Positions 14,543 to 16,785 of a stretch of DNA of 16,785 nt are shown in pieces. Position 1 is the first letter of the stretch, and each line of letters starts with the position of its first letter. The DNA comes from a virus. The notes under the pieces were generated by a model that saw only the letters and a program-made list of their open reading frames with translations, ran no database searches and was not told the DNA's origin. Made by a program: the position numbers and the translations under genes. The stretch lies in UHGV virus genome UHGV-0061980; one strand, given 5' to 3'.

Positions 14543-14830
14543 ATGGCAACTTTGCAGGAATTAATCGACCTGACGCCAGAACAGGAAAAAGCGTGGAATC
14601 GCCTTGTGAAGGCTGTAAAGGATTTCAGGGCAGCCGGAGGAAAGTTTTATAGCGTCCTGGACACGCTGAGCGCATACAACGGCGAGCACGTTGCCAGCAT
14701 TGATAACGATAAGGGCTACCACACTGCAAGCGTTTATATGCCTAGCATTGATGCGCCAGGGCTAACCAGTTGGGCTGATGATTGGCACGGCATCACGCTG
14801 AAAGATGGCGTTGAAGTGGATGAGGACTAA
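14543..14830 (+). CDS. Hypothetical protein, 95 aa, with an acidic C-terminus
   Basis: GGAGG sits 5 nt upstream of the ATG at 14543; the listed ORF begins at an upstream TTG. Confidence 0.5.
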   Translation: MATLQELIDLTPEQEKAWNRLVKAVKDFRAAGGKFYSVLDTLSAYNGEHVASIDNDKGYHTASVYMPSIDAPGLTSWADDWHGITLKDGVEVDED

Positions 14831-14833
14831 CAC

Positions 14834-15088
14834 ATGACAACTTTAACCGACAAAGAAATGATTAAAGAAATCAAAGAACGCATAGGCAGCCTGGACGTGC
14901 GAGACAATATTGAGCGCCGGGCTTATGAAATTGCTCTGGCATCGCTGGAAGAGAATCCGGTGGCATGGCTGCATTCAGACAATGGCTTAGGTATTCCGGC
15001 AATAACGAGGAGTAAAAACATTGCTGACAGTTGGTTATCAAAGGGTTGGTATGTTCAGCCGCTATATATGCCAAGCCAGTGCCAGTAG
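14834..15088 (+). CDS. Hypothetical protein, 84 aa; its N-terminal module is paralogous to that of the 246-aa protein at 15847
   Basis: GAGGACTAACAC-ATG start context is nearly identical to that of gene 15847 (GAGGATTAACAC-ATG). N-termini MTTLTDKEMIKEIKERIGSLDV...EIALASLEE versus MTTITKERIELFIKNPLENGLT...RIALASLERE. Confidence 0.45.
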   Translation: MTTLTDKEMIKEIKERIGSLDVRDNIERRAYEIALASLEENPVAWLHSDNGLGIPAITRSKNIADSWLSKGWYVQPLYMPSQCQ

Positions 15089-15105
15089 TACCTGAAGAAA
15101 AACCA

Positions 15106-15639
15106 ATGCCTAACCCTCTTAGCATGTACGCGGTCGATGCTGTTGCCGCTATTGCAGAGGTGAGAGGCTGGAACGCCTGCCGCGCGGCTATGCTTCATGC
15201 CGGAAACTTTCGGGAAAACGCGAATTCGTCAACCAATAATTTTCGGGAAATTTCGGAAACGTCAACCAACTCTCCGGTAATTCCTGGTGAGGTGTTGTCC
15301 GCAATCCTGAAATTTGCCAGAGTTCGTGCTGATTTCGATGATTTTGACGGCGACAGGCGAGGTATCGGTGATTGTCTGGATGAGGCTGAGCAAGAGCTTA
15401 TCGTTACCATTAACAAATATGCCAGTCAGTTGGCAGCAGAACCGATAGCGACTAATGACGTTCGAGAGCAGCAGACAGCCGTTCCGCCAGTTCCTGTAAT
15501 ACAGGCTGATGTCGCGCAAGCAATTGAAAATCTCAGGCAGAAGTTAGTGGAATGCAATCGCTATAACTACTGCGCAGATGCAGTTAAGGGCGTAGAGGAT
15601 GCCTGCCACGCTGCCATGCTTCAGGGAAAAAGAGAGTGA
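15106..15639 (+). CDS. Hypothetical protein, 177 aa if started at the ATG at 15106; may instead be the frameshifted 3' part of the 14834 gene
   Basis: The frame is open from 15031 but the first ATG is at 15106. Contains an imperfect ~33-bp tandem repeat (15207-15269) encoding FRENANSSTNN/FREISETSTNS. Confidence 0.4.
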   Translation: MPNPLSMYAVDAVAAIAEVRGWNACRAAMLHAGNFRENANSSTNNFREISETSTNSPVIPGEVLSAILKFARVRADFDDFDGDRRGIGDCLDEAEQELIVTINKYASQLAAEPIATNDVREQQTAVPPVPVIQADVAQAIENLRQKLVECNRYNYCADAVKGVEDACHAAMLQGKRE

Positions 15640-15640
15640 T

Positions 15641-15850
15641 ATGGCTATTGCCGCAAGTTACACCATGCATCTCTATTGTGATTGTCGCCAGTGTACGGAA
15701 GGTGTATATCCAGTGCCAGACTTCGGTGAGTATATCGGTACGTCATGGTCTGGTTGTGCAAAAGAGGCCCGTAAAGACGGGTGGCGAATAAGCAAAGACA
15801 AAACACGTACTTTTGCGCCCGGGCATAAAGTTTTGAGGATTAACACATGA
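15641..15850 (+). CDS. Small Cys-rich hypothetical protein, 69 aa
   Basis: The ATG at 15641 lies 1 nt after the upstream stop; its stop overlaps the next start (ATGA). Cys pattern C-x-C-x2-C...C suggests possible metal binding. Confidence 0.4.
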   Translation: MAIAASYTMHLYCDCRQCTEGVYPVPDFGEYIGTSWSGCAKEARKDGWRISKDKTRTFAPGHKVLRINT

Positions 15851-16579
15851 CCACTATTACCAAAGAACGTATTGAATTGTTCATTAAAAATCCGCTTGAA
15901 AACGGGCTTACTCGTGGCGAACAAATGGAACTAGCACGAATTGCACTGGCATCACTGGAACGCGAACAGATTCGCCACGAGCATGCCAAATGGTCTGACT
16001 CCACATTTGGCTGCGTTGGCCCCATTGGTCCACTGAAACACCTCTCAAAAGAGGCACTGGAAGCCGCAGCCGAACCAGACGATCTTAGCGAGTGGGCTGA
16101 TATGCAGTTTCTGTTGTGGGATGCACAGCGCCGTGCTGGCATCAGCGATGCTGAAATTACCGTTGCTATGGAAGATAAATTGAAGATCAACATGGAGCGC
16201 CAGTGGCCTGAGCCAAAAGATGGTGAGCCTCGCTTGCACATTAAAGAACCCGGCAACTCTCCGGTAATTCCGGATGGTTTATCCACGGTATGCGCTGAGG
16301 CTTATCAGGTTGTAGGAGTTATGGCAGATGCGCTTGGTGTATTCGGTGATGCAGCAGTACAGAAAGTTCTGGATAACCTGTCACAGCAAAAACTTGTTCA
16401 CAGAGATGTGCTGCCGTTCTCGCTTCCGGTAACTCCGGATGGTTGGGTTATGGTTCCTAAACAGGTAACGCCGGAAATCAGCAACGCGATAAACGTTGTG
16501 GGTCAACGCTGTACATGCGGAAATTGCTCTCAGCGGTTGTGGGATTTATTACTCGACGCCACACAGCAAGGAGTTAACC

Positions 16580-16587
<8 letters not shown>
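15847..16587 (+). CDS. MazG-like nucleotide pyrophosphohydrolase-domain protein (DUF550-like dATP/dGTP diphosphohydrolase type), 246 aa
   Basis: The central region HLSKEALEAAAEPDDLSEWADMQFLLWDAQRRAGISDAEITVAMEDKLKINMER fits the MazG-type E-x2-E ... E-x2-D signature. GAGGA SD upstream. Confidence 0.55.

Positions 16588-16785
<198 letters not shown>

Noticed and set aside
14871-16286. Several minus-strand ORFs (14871-15125, 15195-15416, 15262-15519, 15673-15924, 15840-16286, 16045-16239) and other antisense or out-of-frame ORFs in the track (e.g. 1015-1251, 1157-1396, 1573-1953, 7890-8246, 13149-13468)
   Set aside because: All are antisense or overlapping frames within a densely packed, translationally coupled operon; none has a convincing RBS or recognisable protein features.

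Overview
This window is the early/regulatory core of a mosaic lambdoid (lambda/P22-type) prophage, read in reverse relative to the conventional lambda map. Calls rest on reading the six-frame translations and the DNA by eye and comparing them with lambda, P22, phage 21 and E. coli prophage proteins as I remember them; no database search or alignment was run. On the minus strand, from right to left: cro (P22-type), nutR, cII (lambda-type), a 90-aa gene, an O-like initiator with ori iterons inside it, a DnaB-like helicase, a terminator, a nin region (NinB, Dam-like methyltransferase, NinE, NinX-like, NinF, YbcO-like, RusA, NinH-like), Q, pR'/tR', holin S and the start of endolysin R. On the plus strand: a P22-type c2 repressor, OL/pL, nutL, an N antiterminator, then a tightly coupled pL-operon accessory region (cIII, kil, RecT, Ea22-like, MazG-like and many unrecognised small genes) running towards xis/int, which lie outside the window. 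The best candidate for an undescribed system is a low-GC two-gene insert directly after N (8856-10028): a 207-aa protein and a strongly acidic 122-aa protein bracketed by intrinsic terminators. Its function is unknown; I infer an exclusion or counter-defence role from position and composition only.
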